Origin: an uncultured Methanomicrobiaceae archaeon
Lineage (GTDB): Archaea > Halobacteriota > Methanomicrobia > Methanomicrobiales > Methanoculleaceae
Direction of reading: 5' to 3'
Assembly: GCA_963826525.1 (NCBI GenBank)
Contig: CAWGXH010000004.1
Span: 960,001 to 1,024,000 of the forward strand
DNA length: 64,000 nucleotides
This document shows, piece by piece, positions 1 through 11,143 of the stretch. The notes below the pieces were generated by a model. The model did no database searches and was not told the DNA's origin. It saw only the letters and a program-made list of their open reading frames with translations. Every line of letters starts with the position of its first letter. Position 1 is the stretch's first letter. A program made the position numbers and the translations under genes.

Positions 1-472
1 CGCCGTCCACCTCCTTTCGCTCTCTCCAGAGGATGGTGAGGGTGCCTGCAAAGACGGCGAGGAGCACCACACCCGCGAGTGCATCCAGAACTCCCCGAAG
101 TGCGAGGACGGCGAAGACGGCGGTTGCGGCGAGCATAAGCCCGGTATGCCGGAGGAGGCCTGCACGCGACTCCGGGGTCGCCAGCATCATCTCGGGTTTG
201 ATGAGCGTGCAGAGAGCGAGTACCAGCGCAATATTCGCGACGTTGCTCCCGAGAACGTTGCCGAGGGCGATTGCGCCGTTTCCGGTGGCTGCAGCGTTGA
301 CACTCACGACGAGCTCCGGGAGGGACGTGCCGAAGGCGATAACGGTAAATCCGATCAGCGCCGGCGATACACGGTGGCGAATGGCAAGGCCGCCCCCGCC
401 GGCGACGAAGGCGTCCGCCCCCTTGACCAGGAGGGCAAGGCCGATACAGAAGATGATGGCGGTTACTATCAT
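1..472 (-). CDS. Calcium/sodium antiporter (YrbG/CaCA family), runs off the window start
   Basis: Manual minus-strand translation from ATG at 472: MIVTAIIFCIGLALLVKGADAFV...IGFTVIAFGTSLPELVVSV...GNVLGSNVANIALVL, the alpha-1 repeat motif of CaCA exchangers. Not in the ORF track because it is truncated. Confidence 0.85.
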   Translation of the reverse strand, partial: MIVTAIIFCIGLALLVKGADAFVAGGGGLAIRHRVSPALIGFTVIAFGTSLPELVVSVNAAATGNGAIALGNVLGSNVANIALVLALCTLIKPEMMLATPESRAGLLRHTGLMLAATAVFAVLALRGVLDALAGVVLLAVFAGTLTILWRERKEVDG

Positions 473-667
473 AGAGTTATCCGGAATGTCGGAGGAGCGT
501 GGGGGCGGGTGCGACTAATATGTTGTGGAATTGTCCCCATGCAGTCCGGTGCCCGGATTTATGTCCGTTCTTCGGGCGGCATCTCGCCCGTTCTCCGAAA
601 GCCCCGGCTCCTGCCGGCCGGAGCGGGGGATACCTTTTTATGAGGCGGTCGCCTCATCCCGGTCATC

Positions 668-1447
668 ATGGTGTATCGCAGGAACATTCAGGTTATACCG
701 GGAGCGGGGCGGGCGTTCATGGATCAGACGAGGTATGAGCATCTCTCCGTCTCCGGCCAGACCCGGGGACATCCGCCGCCGCCGCTCGAAAAACCCTATG
801 GGCGGGGCAGGGAGACGATCGCTCTTCCCCCTGTCCGGTCTCTCCCTGCTCCGGATATCACCCTCCGCGACGCCGTAGCCCGGCGGGAGAGCGTCAGATC
901 GTACGCGGAGCAGCCGATAACCCTCGAAGAACTTGCCTTTCTCCTCTGGTCGACGCAGGGGGTTCGCCGGGTCGTCCGCGGGTACTACACACTCCGGACG
1001 GTTCCCTCCGCAGGTGCGCGGCACGCCTTTGAGACCTACCTGCTGATCAACCGCGTGGAGGGCGTCAGGAGCGGCCTCTACCGGTACCTGGCTCTTGAGC
1101 ACCGGCTCGCCGAGGAGCCGGCCGAATCCGGGGTCGCCGAGCGGATCGCGGAGGCCTGTTTCAATCAGCCGCAGGTCACGGCGAGCGCCGTCACGTTCAT
1201 CTGGACGGCAGTCCCTTACCGGATGATCTGGCGCTACGGCGAGCGAGGGTACCGGTACCTGCACCTCGACGCCGGGCATGTCTGCCAGAACCTCTATCTC
1301 GCCGGGGAGGCTCTCGGGTGCGGCACCTGTGCTATCGCGGCGTTCCGCGACGATATGCTCAATGAGATCCTCGGCATCGACGGCGAAGAGCAGTTCGCCA
1401 TCTACTGTGCCACCGTGGGGAAGCACACCGGAAGGGTGCCGGAGTGA
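668..1447 (+). CDS. SagB/ThcOx-family nitroreductase-like dehydrogenase
   Basis: Motifs RRESVRSY, RTVPSAGARHAFETY, YGERGYRYLHLDAGHVCQNLYL. True start may be ATG at 719. Confidence 0.85.
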   Translation: MVYRRNIQVIPGAGRAFMDQTRYEHLSVSGQTRGHPPPPLEKPYGRGRETIALPPVRSLPAPDITLRDAVARRESVRSYAEQPITLEELAFLLWSTQGVRRVVRGYYTLRTVPSAGARHAFETYLLINRVEGVRSGLYRYLALEHRLAEEPAESGVAERIAEACFNQPQVTASAVTFIWTAVPYRMIWRYGERGYRYLHLDAGHVCQNLYLAGEALGCGTCAIAAFRDDMLNEILGIDGEEQFAIYCATVGKHTGRVPE

Positions 1448-1497
1448 TCCGGAGGGATTTATCCTGCGCCGCCGCAATCCGTTTCTGAGGCTTTCTG

Positions 1498-2104
1498 ATG
1501 GGGATACGCATCATCCTCCACAGCGCCGCGAGCATCGACGGGCGGCTCGACTGGTTTTCGGCTGATATCGGATTGTACTATAGGTACGCATCCATCTCTT
1601 CCCCGATTCCCCGCCCGAAGAAGGCGGCGGAGTTCCGCCCGCCGATCTGCCCCTGCTCGTCGTCCTGGACAGTAGGGGGAGGATCGCTGCATGGCACCGG
1701 TGGCGACGGGCTCCTTACTGGTGGGATGTCGTCGTCCTCTGCTCGGATACAACGCCGCGTGCGTGCCTGGCGTATCTCGAGCGGGAGGGGATCGACTGCA
1801 TCGTCGCCGGAGACGATCGCGTCGACCCCTGGAGGCGCTCGCCGAGCTCGAGAGGAGGTCCGGCGTACCGGCAATCCGCGTCGATAGCGGTGGGATGCTC
1901 AACGGCGTTCTCCTCCGCGAGGGGCTCGTCGATCCGCTCGTTCTCCCGCGCGCCGGACCTGGCCTCTCTCGATGCGGTTATCTCCTGCAGATTGATGCAC
2001 CTCGAGCAGCTGCGTGGCGGTGTCGTCTGGCTGCGTTACGCCGTGGAGCGGGTGATCCTGGCACCCGGGAGAAGGAAATATCAGGTCTCCGGAGCGACGA
2101 TTAG
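1498..2104 (+). pseudogene. RibD C-terminal-domain (dihydrofolate reductase-like) protein, multiply frameshifted and internally deleted
   Basis: Frame pieces MGIRIILHSAASIDGRLDWF, VDPWRR/LAELERRSGVPAIRVDSGGMLNGVLLREGLVD and LEQLRGGVVWLRY lie in three frames. It is shorter than a typical member. Confidence 0.65.
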
Positions 2105-2148
2105 AGAGGATACTCCCCTTCGGGGGAAGGACCGCACCGGAGGTGAAG

Positions 2149-2864
2149 TGCTATCGGACACGGATCGATCGATGCAAGGATAGACGAGCTCGAGGAAGAG
2201 CTCCGGGGTGTCATCGGCTACCCGGACGACGAGTTTGCCCGGGTGATACGGGACGTGGGGTTTGCCTGCGACTGCTGCGGACGGTGTTGCACGCGAGAGT
2301 ATAACGATCACGTATTCCTCCTCGATGCGGATGCGCAGCGGATCCGGGCGATCGACCCCGGCGCCCTCGTGCCTGCTCCCTACTTTGAGTTCTGCGATCA
2401 GAACGGGCGCTTCTACGTCTCCGGGTTCGCTCTCCGGACGAACCCTGACGGTTCGTGCGTCTTCCTCTCCGGCGGCCGCTGCAGGATATACGGTGACCGC
2501 CCCAGTCATCTGCAGCGTTTACCCGTACATGCTCCACCGCGAGGAGGACGAAGACGGTGTCGTCGACTGGCGGCAGATCAGCGGGCTTGACGAACATGGG
2601 TGCTACCATACGGAGATCGACGACGCGGAGTGCGCCCGGATACTCCGCAAAACGAAGGAGTATGAGATCGCATTCCTCACCCAGGAGATTCACTTCCTCG
2701 AAGCGGTACGGAGACTCTTTGCGGAGAAGGGCCTTCGGCACATCCGGAGAACCTACGATCTGCAGATGCAGCGACTCCGGAAGGGCGGGGAGGCAGAGGT
2801 CGCCGTCTTCTCCGGCAGTTCGTTTGAGACGGTGCGGGTAACCGCCGCCGACTGCCGGCTCTGA
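2149..2864 (+). CDS. YkgJ-family (CxxCxxCC) cysteine-cluster protein, frameshifted near 2165 and 2500
   Basis: GFACDCCGRCC...DGSCVFLSGGRCRIYGDRP continues in the next frame as VICSVYPYML. GGAGGTGA SD lies upstream of the GTG. Confidence 0.75.
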
Positions 2865-2991
2865 ACCTTTTTGAAGGCTATGCCTGACCCTTATTATGAG
2901 TTGATCTCTGTTTTGCCTCTCCTCAAATTTAAGCGCATTAAACCGGGCAGATACGAATATTATTAAGTTTCCTGTGGCAAATCGGTAGATA

Positions 2992-3570
2992 ATGTCTCAA
3001 AATGATCTGGATTCCCCCGGACTGGCTCCTGCGTGTTAATCGCTTCTGATCCGGGGCATTATCGGGGTTCTCTTCGGGCTTTTCGCCTCCATCTTGTCGG
3101 GATTCGTGCTCGAGGCGCTCGTCTACTTCTTCGGATTCTTCGTCATCGTCAACTCAGTCGTCACGCTCCTCATGGGCACGTCGTCGGAGCACCCGCCGAC
3201 CCCGCGGTGGCTTCTTCTGCTGGTTGGCATTCTCGGGCTCGGCTCAGGTATCCTTGCGCTGCTCTCGCCCATGGTGATGGTGGTGGCGTCCCTCTACCTG
3301 ATCGCCGCGTGGGTGCTCGTCACCGGACTCGGTGAGTTTGTCATGGCGGTATCCGTCGCCGATGACTGGGCGATCAGGATTCTGCTCGTGATCTCGGGTA
3401 TTCTCGGCATTATCTTCGCCCCGATCATCATCTCCATCCCGCTCGTCGGTGCATTCGCGCTCGTGCAGATGCCCGGGATCTATGCTGTTGCCTTCGGCGT
3501 CATCGGGATCGTCCACGGCCTCTCGCTGCGCGGGCGGGCAGATCCCGCTGCCGGCCAGCCCGTGGCGTGA
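2992..3570 (+). pseudogene. HdeD/DUF308 membrane protein with an in-frame TAA at codon 16 (or a CDS starting at 3094)
   Basis: ATG 2992 is in frame with ORF 3094-3570. TAA at 3037-3039 precedes the typical LLIRGIIGVLFGL segment. Six hydrophobic helices. Confidence 0.6.
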
Positions 3571-3651
3571 GCCCGTAAGGTTCGTTTCCCTCTCGATCGA
3601 TGATACCCACACCCTTTTTTACTCCTGCCCCCCTGTTCAGGGCGACCTGAT

Positions 3652-5440
3652 ATGGAACTGCAGATCCTTCTTCTCCTGCTGGTGATCGGTGCGGTCGTCC
3701 TCCTCTTCGTCACCGAGCTTCTCAGGGTGGATGTGATCGCCGTCCTGACCGCACTCAGTCTTGCCTGGCTTGGGCTGATCACCCCCGAGCAGGCGCTTTC
3801 GGGTTTTTCAAGCACTGCCGTCATCGCCATGCTCTCGGTGATGGTGCTCGGCCACGGGCTCGACCGGACGGGGGTGACCACCCATATCGGCAGATCGATC
3901 CTCGGTATCGCCGGCACCGGAGAAAAACGCCTCATCGGTACCGTCTCACTGGTCACCGGGGGTCTCTCGGCGTTCATGCAGAACGTCGGTGCCACCGCTC
4001 TCTTCCTCCCCTCGATGCTGCGACTCTCACGCCTGACGGGAATCCCGCCGTCCCGTCTCCTCATGCCGGTTGGATTCGCTGCAATCCTCGGAGGAACAAT
4101 CACCATGGTGGGAGCGGGCACCCTGATCGTCGTGAACAATCTCCTCACGCAGGCGGCCTATGCTCCGTTCGGTCTCTTCGCCGTCACCCCGATCGGGGTG
4201 CCGCTCCTCCTCGCCGGTGTCGCCTACTTCGCCCTCTTCGGCTCGCGCGTTCTCCCGCAGAACGGCAGGCAGGCAACGGCAACCCCGCAGGAAGAGCTGA
4301 TCCGCACCTGGAACCCCCCCTGCTGCATCTCGTATCTCCGTGTTCCGGTCACAAGCCCCCTCGTCGGAAGGACACGGGAAGAGGTGCACCTGATATCGGA
4401 GTATAATCTGCACCTCATCTCCCTCGCGGAAGGCGGAGAGATCCTCTACACTCCCTGGCGCTACACCCGGTTCGTCGCTGGCCAGGAGCTCGGCCTCCTC
4501 GGGAACGCCGACGATGTCGAGCGATTTCTGAGCGATTATGGCCTCCAGTGGGTCAGGGCAGGGCGGAGTGCGGCGAACGTCATGGGCGATCCGAACGTCG
4601 GTTTCGCCGAGGTCATCATCCGCCCGTACTCCTCCCTCTCCGGAAAGACGCTTCGCGATCTCGAGTTTCGGATGAAATACGGTCTTGAGGTCATGATCCT
4701 CCTCTCCGGCGCCCAGGAGCAGCGGAGGAACCTCGCCGACCAACCCCTGCAGGCGGGGGATTCCCTGGTGGTGCTGGGGCGCTGGGAACGTATTCTGGCG
4801 CTCGGGACGAACCGGAACTTCGTCCTGGTCACGCCCGTGGAAGGTGGGTCCCTCCGCGAGTCGAAAGCAGTTCTCGCAGTCGCATGCTTTGCAGGAGCCG
4901 TCGCTCTCACGTTCACCGGCATGCCGATAGCAACAAGCCTGCTCTCCGGGGCTCTTCTCATGGTGCTGCTCCGCGTCATCTCCATCGAGGAGGCGTACCG
5001 GGCGATCGACTGGCGGACGCTTGTCCTGATAGCAGGCCTCATCCCGCTCGGTATTGCGATAGACCAGACCGGCACGGCTGCGTTCGTGGCCGATCAGCTC
5101 GTCGCGGTCACGGCCGGGCAGCATCCGCTCGCCGTCCTTCTTATCGTGGCGGTGCTCGCGACCCTCTCCTCACTCGTTATGTCGAATATCGCCGCCACCG
5201 TACCTGCTCGTACCGCTCGTTCTGGTGGTGACCGTCACGCCGGGGGTCGATCCCAGGGGCCTTGCACTCCTGGTCGGGCTCTGCACCTCGAACTCCTTCC
5301 TTCTCCCGACCCATCAGGTCAACGCACTCCTCATGGCTCCCGGCGGCTACCGGAACCGGGACTACCTGCGGGCAGGAGGGGCGATGACGGTGATATTCAT
5401 CATCATCGCCGTTGGCCTTGTCTACCTGCTCTATTTCTAA
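3652..5440 (+). CDS. SLC13/CitMHS permease with TrkA-C domains, frameshift near 5205
   Basis: Motifs LRVDVIA, SAFMQNVGA, LGGTITMVG and two RCK-C-like segments. C-terminal SFLLPTHQVNALLMAPGGYR lies in ORF 5225-5440. Confidence 0.85.
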
Positions 5441-5988
5441 ACGGTCGTGATATTGCCGAATCTGATCCAGGGGTCTTCGACCATGAAGCTGACCATAGTA
5501 TAGGTGTCGTCGCTGTTTGGTGAATTCAGTGCTACGATCAACGCAGTTGCGGCCTCCGGGGCCTGGAGACGGCCAAGATCGACCGTAGTACCCCCGGGCA
5601 CACGGATGACGGTGCCGGAGACGATGGAAACGTCCTGCACTCCGTTGGTCATCGGGTGCTGGACGATGACGAAGTAGCGGCCGGGAGCGAAATCCCGCGT
5701 CACCGTCCGTTCGAGGACGTAGCGGTACGCACCATCCGGCTCCACGCTGACGCGGTTCGAGAGCGATCGATAGTTTGTTCCAAAGACCCAGACGTAGACG
5801 ACATCGGGCTGCCCGGCGGCGATGCCTGCTATTGTCATCTCATCGCCGCGTGCAAGGAGGGGGTTGTTCTCAATAGTCGTTCGTTCAACCCCGGTGGTCT
5901 GTTCCTGGGTCGCGCCGGCACCGGCGATGAGGAGCAGTCCGATACACCCGAACAGTCCTGCCCAAAGAGCTCTTCTTCGGAATGGCAT
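5437..5988 (-). CDS. Secreted protein resembling one domain of the Methanomicrobiales S-layer glycoprotein
   Basis: Signal peptide followed by GRYFVIVQHPMTNG and LQAPEAATALIVALNSPNSDDTY...FMVEDPWI, resembling recalled Methanoculleus-type S-layer domain motifs. Confidence 0.55.
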   Translation of the reverse strand: MPFRRRALWAGLFGCIGLLLIAGAGATQEQTTGVERTTIENNPLLARGDEMTIAGIAAGQPDVVYVWVFGTNYRSLSNRVSVEPDGAYRYVLERTVTRDFAPGRYFVIVQHPMTNGVQDVSIVSGTVIRVPGGTTVDLGRLQAPEAATALIVALNSPNSDDTYTMVSFMVEDPWIRFGNITTV

Positions 5989-6132
5989 GGCGGTTGTGGT
6001 ACCGTTCTGCCCTTATAGAGGTTGCCGCCAGTGATCAGGCCGGGGGTCTTCCTGCAGCCAGAACGCTGTCCACGACCAAACCGTTCTGCACGGTGACCTG
6101 CACCGTCGCCTGGTCCGTTGCCACCGGATCTT

Positions 6133-6863
6133 TCATCGACCGCATCGAGAACCGGTAGGTGTAGCGGTGGAATCGGGATATGACCCTTCTGCGGCCCATA
6201 GGAGGGTGAGATTCTCACCGCCGTAGTCGCGGTATTCTGTCAGGTTGGTCATGTACGACTTCGCCACGTTCCGGCTCGCGGAGTCCACTCCGAAGTTGAT
6301 CCCGATGGTCTCTGCAAGCGAACCGATCCAGAAGGTATTCAGCGTGCCGTTCGTGAGGATACCCCGGCAGACGTACTCCAAGGTGTTCGTGCCATGGAGG
6401 AGGATGGTGCCGGAGAGTTCTCCCCCCCCTGTTCGTGGAGCACGAAGAGCGCCTCGGTCAGGTTCGGGACGGTTCCGGATCCGTTCCAGGGTTGCCCGAA
6501 CCGGAGTTCGACGACCGTCCCGCGGTGCCGAATCCCGGCGATACGGTCGTCCGTCACCCGGTAGTCGATCGCTGCATCGGCCTGCCGGAGGATCATGTAG
6601 AGTTCGTCTGTGCCGTTCCACCCCGGAAATATTCCGTCTCCGTCAAGGTACCAACCGTTGCCTTTGTGCCTGATAATGATGGTCTCGTTCGTCCCGCCCG
6701 CGATGTTGATCTGCGAGAGTTCGATCGGTCTTCCCCACTGCTGGAACGTCACTATATCGGTGCGGGTTTCTCCTGTAAATTTGACCGGGAGCCCGTCTGC
6801 CGCGAGTCCGCGCCGGGGTCTGGGTGCCCCGGGAGGAGCTCCTACAACCGTGTCCTCTCCCAT
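6133..6863 (-). CDS. Hypothetical protein, apparently split by a frameshift near 6425
   Basis: Overlapping ORFs 6339-6863 and 6133-6621 join into protein-like sequence (LTEALFVLHEQGGE / ELSGTILLHGTNTLEY) at a C homopolymer. Confidence 0.4.
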
Positions 6864-7099
6864 ACTGCTCTTATCCGACTCTTGCGGATATCCGTCATCC
6901 CGATATCAACATTTCTTTCCTCTCACGTGTTTTAACGCCTGATATTTCCGCCAGGAATGCCCTTTTTCGGGGTTACCTGGACCTGCACGCCCTCTGGTCG
7001 ACCCGAAGGTGTATATTCCATGACCATCTTTTTGATGTAGCAGCTCGAAGAGCTATATGAACAGCAACTTCGTATCACCGCCGCACCGAGGAGACCTGT

Positions 7100-7876
7100 A
7101 TGACTTCCGGACTGACCGCATTCATCGATATGGAGTTTGGCCATGTCTACGGCACCTGCCGCAACCTGCTTATGCCGGTGGAGCTTGGTATGGTGCTCTA
7201 CGATCCTGCCTCCAATACCCCCCGTTTTGCCGGCAGGAAATTTTCTTACGATATCGACGTCGAACTCTGGAAGAATGTCACCGACGAGCGGGGAGCTACG
7301 CTCGGTGTCACGGCAACGGTCGCGAACCTCGGCCGGAATGAGTATCAGAAACCCTTCCTGCGGAGCCACAGGCTCTCTGCCCGCCGCATCCGGGACGCCG
7401 AGGTGGTCTGCAGCGAAGCTTTCTCCGACCTTCGATGCACTATGGAAGACCTCTGCACCGGAGACGATATCGAAACCCTGGTTTTTTTCGCGGAAGGAAT
7501 GGAGGTGAAGGCCTTCGCCCGCGCCGGTTTCTCTCTTGACACATTCGGGCGGATCGACCTGCAGAAGGCGGTCATGCGACAGCTGCAGATGAACGATCAG
7601 CTCTCGCTCGATAAAGTCGCGAAGATAATCGGTTTCTGCGCCGTGCATACGGAGATCGCATCGATGCACTTCTCGTACCGGGTACCACGAAGACTTCGCC
7701 ACTTCATCAAGCCTCACCGTGCTCTCGGTGACGCCGCCCGGATATTTCTCCTCTCCCGCGAGCTTGCAGAGGCGGGGAGCGCGTTCGAGTCGCGGGCGCA
7801 TGCTTTCCTCGAGCAGTACGAACTCCTGTCGGCAGGACGGAGCGTGCCCGCGGCTGCCGGGCGTGCGGCTACCTGA
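7100..7876 (+). CDS. Divergent DEDDh (DnaQ-like) 3'-5' exonuclease-family protein, copy 1
   Basis: ExoI-like FIDMEFG, IDLQ...LSLDKVA and ExoIII-like PHRALGDA. GAGGAG SD. Paralog at 17896-18648. Confidence 0.6.
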   Translation: MTSGLTAFIDMEFGHVYGTCRNLLMPVELGMVLYDPASNTPRFAGRKFSYDIDVELWKNVTDERGATLGVTATVANLGRNEYQKPFLRSHRLSARRIRDAEVVCSEAFSDLRCTMEDLCTGDDIETLVFFAEGMEVKAFARAGFSLDTFGRIDLQKAVMRQLQMNDQLSLDKVAKIIGFCAVHTEIASMHFSYRVPRRLRHFIKPHRALGDAARIFLLSRELAEAGSAFESRAHAFLEQYELLSAGRSVPAAAGRAAT

Positions 7877-7936
7877 TGCAATCTGCCCGGGGTCGGGTAA
7901 AGATTTATACGGCGCTGCACCGATGGTGGCGCCATT

Positions 7937-9301
7937 ATGGAATGGGAGTATGATCTGGTTGTCATCGGGACGGGCACTGCAGGGACCGATATTGCCGTCC
8001 ATTGCAGGAAAGTCGGCAAAAGCGTCGCCATCGCCGATTATCGGGAGTTCGGGGGGACATGTGCACTCCGGGGATGCATTCCGAAGAAAGTACTCGGTGC
8101 TGCCGCCGAGGTCGTTGCCCGTGCAGGCGACCTGCACGGAAAGGGCGTCATCGGCAAGATAGCGATCGATTGGCCTGCCCTTGTTACGTTCGAGCATTCC
8201 TTCACCGATCCTGTCCCTGTGAACAAGGAGGAATCGTTCAGGAAGCTCGGGATCGATACCTATCACGGGTATGCACGGTTTACCGGCGAGCAGACGATCG
8301 AGGTCGGCGGCGAAACCCTGCGGGCACAGCAGATCGTCGTCGCGACCGGCTCCAAACCGCGACCGTTGCAGATCCCTGGTGCCGACCTCATGACTACCAG
8401 CGACGAGTTTCTCTACCTCGAACGTCTCCCGAAACGTATTGTCTTTATCGGGGGCGGCTACATCTCGTTTGAGTTCGCCCACGTTGCTGTCCGGGCAGGG
8501 GCTGAAGTGACGATTCTCCAGCGGAACGCCAGGGTGCTCAAACAGTTCGACGCCGATCTCGTCAATAGGCTGGTAACAGCCTCGGACGAGGCGGGAATCG
8601 ATGTCCGGACGAATATGCCGATTACATCGATCGAGAAGGCACCCGGTGGCCTCATCGTGCGGGCAGGGCCGGAAGGCAGGCATCTCTTCGAGGCGGATAT
8701 GGTGGTGCACGGTGTCGGCAGAGTCCCTGCAATCGACGGCCTCGATCTTGCTAAAGGCAACATCGCGACGGATAAAAAAGGCATTGCTGTCAATGAGTAT
8801 CTTCAGAGTGTATCGAACCCGGCTGTCTACATCGCCGGGGACGCCAATTACCAGAGCATCCAGCTGACACCCGTCGCCACGCTCGACGCCCATGTCGCCA
8901 TAGACAATATTCTGAACGGGAACCGAAAGAAAGCAGACTACTCAATGATTCCGAGCGCGATATTCAGTGTCCCGTCTCTCGCCGCCGTCGGCCTCTCGGA
9001 AGAGACGGCGAAGAGAAAGGGCATCGAGTACGATCTTCACTCCGGGGATATGTCCTCGTGGTACGCCTCCCGGAGGATCGGCCTTCGTCACGCCGCCTAT
9101 AAACTCCTGCTCGAAAAAGAGACCGGGCGCATCCTCGGCGCCCACATTCTCGGGGACAATGCCGGCGAGATCATCAACCTCTTCGCTCTCGCGATCCGGC
9201 ACAATATGACGGCGGCCGACCTGACCTACGACGCGATGATCTATGCTTACCCGACGAGCACCTACGAGATCACCTACATGGTCAAAGGAAAAGGCAGGTA
9301 G
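7937..9301 (+). CDS. Pyridine nucleotide-disulfide oxidoreductase (glutathione reductase/dihydrolipoyl dehydrogenase family)
   Basis: FAD motif VIGTGTAG, redox disulfide GGTCALRGCIPKK, NAD(P) motif IGGGYISFEFA, C-terminal YAYPT. Confidence 0.9.
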   Translation: MEWEYDLVVIGTGTAGTDIAVHCRKVGKSVAIADYREFGGTCALRGCIPKKVLGAAAEVVARAGDLHGKGVIGKIAIDWPALVTFEHSFTDPVPVNKEESFRKLGIDTYHGYARFTGEQTIEVGGETLRAQQIVVATGSKPRPLQIPGADLMTTSDEFLYLERLPKRIVFIGGGYISFEFAHVAVRAGAEVTILQRNARVLKQFDADLVNRLVTASDEAGIDVRTNMPITSIEKAPGGLIVRAGPEGRHLFEADMVVHGVGRVPAIDGLDLAKGNIATDKKGIAVNEYLQSVSNPAVYIAGDANYQSIQLTPVATLDAHVAIDNILNGNRKKADYSMIPSAIFSVPSLAAVGLSEETAKRKGIEYDLHSGDMSSWYASRRIGLRHAAYKLLLEKETGRILGAHILGDNAGEIINLFALAIRHNMTAADLTYDAMIYAYPTSTYEITYMVKGKGR

Positions 9302-9308
9302 CCGGCCA

Positions 9309-9692
9309 TTAGCCTTCCGCCGCCTCTTTCTTTTGCTGCTTCTCCGGCTTGACGTAGGTGATAGGATGGCACTCGACCTCCCTTACCGTCACCGGAGCAG
9401 TATATCCGCTCTCCATGACGAGACACTTTACCGGGCATGCCTCGACACAGGCATCGCAGGCGATGCAGCGGAGGCGATCAATCTCCCAGACCTTCTCCGC
9501 CCGCTCTACCCGTATCGCCTGGGACGGGCACCGCCGCATGCAGAGGCCGCAGGAGATGCACCGTGCGGGGTCGATCGTCACGTGCCCTCGCGTTATCGGG
9601 CCGACACGTGCCGGAGTTGTGGGGTACCGCCGGGTGGGCGGCCTTCCGAAGAGGTTTTTCAGGACGGTCTTTGCCATCGTGAAGAATCCCAT
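9309..9692 (-). CDS. echF: Ech hydrogenase subunit F (2x[4Fe-4S])
   Basis: [12 protein letters not shown] and [12 protein letters not shown] motifs. Last gene of the ech operon. Confidence 0.92.
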   Translation of the reverse strand: MGFFTMAKTVLKNLFGRPPTRRYPTTPARVGPITRGHVTIDPARCISCGLCMRRCPSQAIRVERAEKVWEIDRLRCIACDACVEACPVKCLVMESGYTAPVTVREVECHPITYVKPEKQQKKEAAEG

Positions 9693-9699
9693 TACCCGA

Positions 9700-10779
9700 T
9701 CACCTCTCCGTGCAGCTGATGCACGGGTCGATCGAGAGGACGATCACCGGGACGTCGGCGAGCTGACACCCGGGGAGCATCTTCACCAGTGCCGGGAGGT
9801 TCGTCAGCGTGGGTGTCCGGATGCGGGCGCGGGTCAGGTGCTTCGTGCCGTTGCCTCTGAGGTATTGGACGACCTCTCCCCGCGGCTGCTCGACCCGCGA
9901 GAAGTACTCCCCGTCGGGCGCACCGGTCACTTTCACCTCAATCGGTCCCTCCGGGATTCCCTCCGCGGCCTGCCGGATCAGGTCGATTGAGGTGAAGAGC
10001 TCCCCGACCCTGACCGCACACCGGGCGTAGCAGTCGCCCGCAGTCTCGGTCACCGGCTTGAAATCAAGGTCTCCGTAGGCAGCGTAGCCGAGCTCCCGGG
10101 TATCGATGGAGACGCCGCTCCCCCGGAGCGTCGGGCCCGCGGCACCAAGGTCGTATGCCTCGTCTTTTGTAATGATCCCGAGTCCCTGAAGGCGGTTTTT
10201 GACCGATCCGTCGTTGAGGAAGACGTCGCCGAGATCGCGGCATTGCTGCTCGAACGGGGCGAGTGATCGGAGTATCTCGTCGAGCTTCTCCCTGCCGATA
10301 TCCCGGCGGACCCCGCCGACTTTGCAGGTCCCCTGGATCACGCGCCCGCCGGAGGTATCCTCGAGCACGTCGAGCACGCTCTCGCGGAGCCGCCAGGACT
10401 GCATGAAGAGGCTCTCGAAACCCATGGCATCGGCGAAGAGCCCGAGCCAGAGGAGATGCGAGTGGAGCCGCGAGCACTCGGACCAGATCGTCCGCAGGTA
10501 CCGTGCCCGCTCCGGCACCTCGACAGCCATGATCGTCTCGATCCCCTGCACGTACGCAAGGCCGTGCATGAAACTGCAGATCCCGCAGATCCGCTCTGCA
10601 ACGTGGACGAATTCGGTATACTCCCGCTTCGTCACGAGCTGTTCGAGACCCCGGTGGATGTAGCCGATGGAGGGGATGACGTCTACGACCGTCTCGTCCT
10701 CAAGAACCAGGTCGAGGTGGATGGGCTCCGGGAGCACCGGATGCTGCGGCCCGAAGGGCACCACTATGCGTTCCGGCAT
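9700..10779 (-). CDS. echE: Ech hydrogenase large [NiFe] subunit E
   Basis: GPQHP, ERICGIC and C-terminal DPCISCTER with no cleavable extension. Confidence 0.95.
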   Translation of the reverse strand: MPERIVVPFGPQHPVLPEPIHLDLVLEDETVVDVIPSIGYIHRGLEQLVTKREYTEFVHVAERICGICSFMHGLAYVQGIETIMAVEVPERARYLRTIWSECSRLHSHLLWLGLFADAMGFESLFMQSWRLRESVLDVLEDTSGGRVIQGTCKVGGVRRDIGREKLDEILRSLAPFEQQCRDLGDVFLNDGSVKNRLQGLGIITKDEAYDLGAAGPTLRGSGVSIDTRELGYAAYGDLDFKPVTETAGDCYARCAVRVGELFTSIDLIRQAAEGIPEGPIEVKVTGAPDGEYFSRVEQPRGEVVQYLRGNGTKHLTRARIRTPTLTNLPALVKMLPGCQLADVPVIVLSIDPCISCTER

Positions 10780-11141
10780 GGCCCTTCCCCCTTGCGGGTG
10801 ACGCTGAACGGCTGCTTCTGTGCAGTCCGGATCATCGTTCCCTGAAAGTCGATGTTCATCCCGGTCACCGGGATCCCGAAGAGATCGTGCATCTCGTTCT
10901 CAAAGACGAACGCTCCCCAGTAGATCCCGGAGATGCTCGGAACCTCCGTATCCGGGGCGACGGTCACCCGCAGGTTCAGGAACTGGTATTCCCTGTCGAA
11001 CGAGTAGTTGATCTCGTAGGCCTCTTCGAGGGCGGTGCACCCGATCTGGACGAGCCGGTAGCCGTCCTCATGCAGCCTCCGGGCGCTCTCCAGGAGATCG
11101 CCGAGCGGTATCTCCCGTATCGTCTGTTCTTCTGCAGTCAT
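10764..11141 (-). CDS. echD: Ech hydrogenase subunit D (NuoC-like)
   Basis: VPSISGIYWGAFVFENEMHDLFGI motif and operon position. Confidence 0.92.
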   Translation of the reverse strand: MTAEEQTIREIPLGDLLESARRLHEDGYRLVQIGCTALEEAYEINYSFDREYQFLNLRVTVAPDTEVPSISGIYWGAFVFENEMHDLFGIPVTGMNIDFQGTMIRTAQKQPFSVTRKGEGPCRNA

Positions 11142-11143
11142 GG

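Noticed and set aside
6932-8893. Long antisense ORFs (also 61641-63323, 57684-59123, 4027-5124)
   Set aside because: Shadow frames of real genes in GC-rich DNA, with no recognisable motifs.
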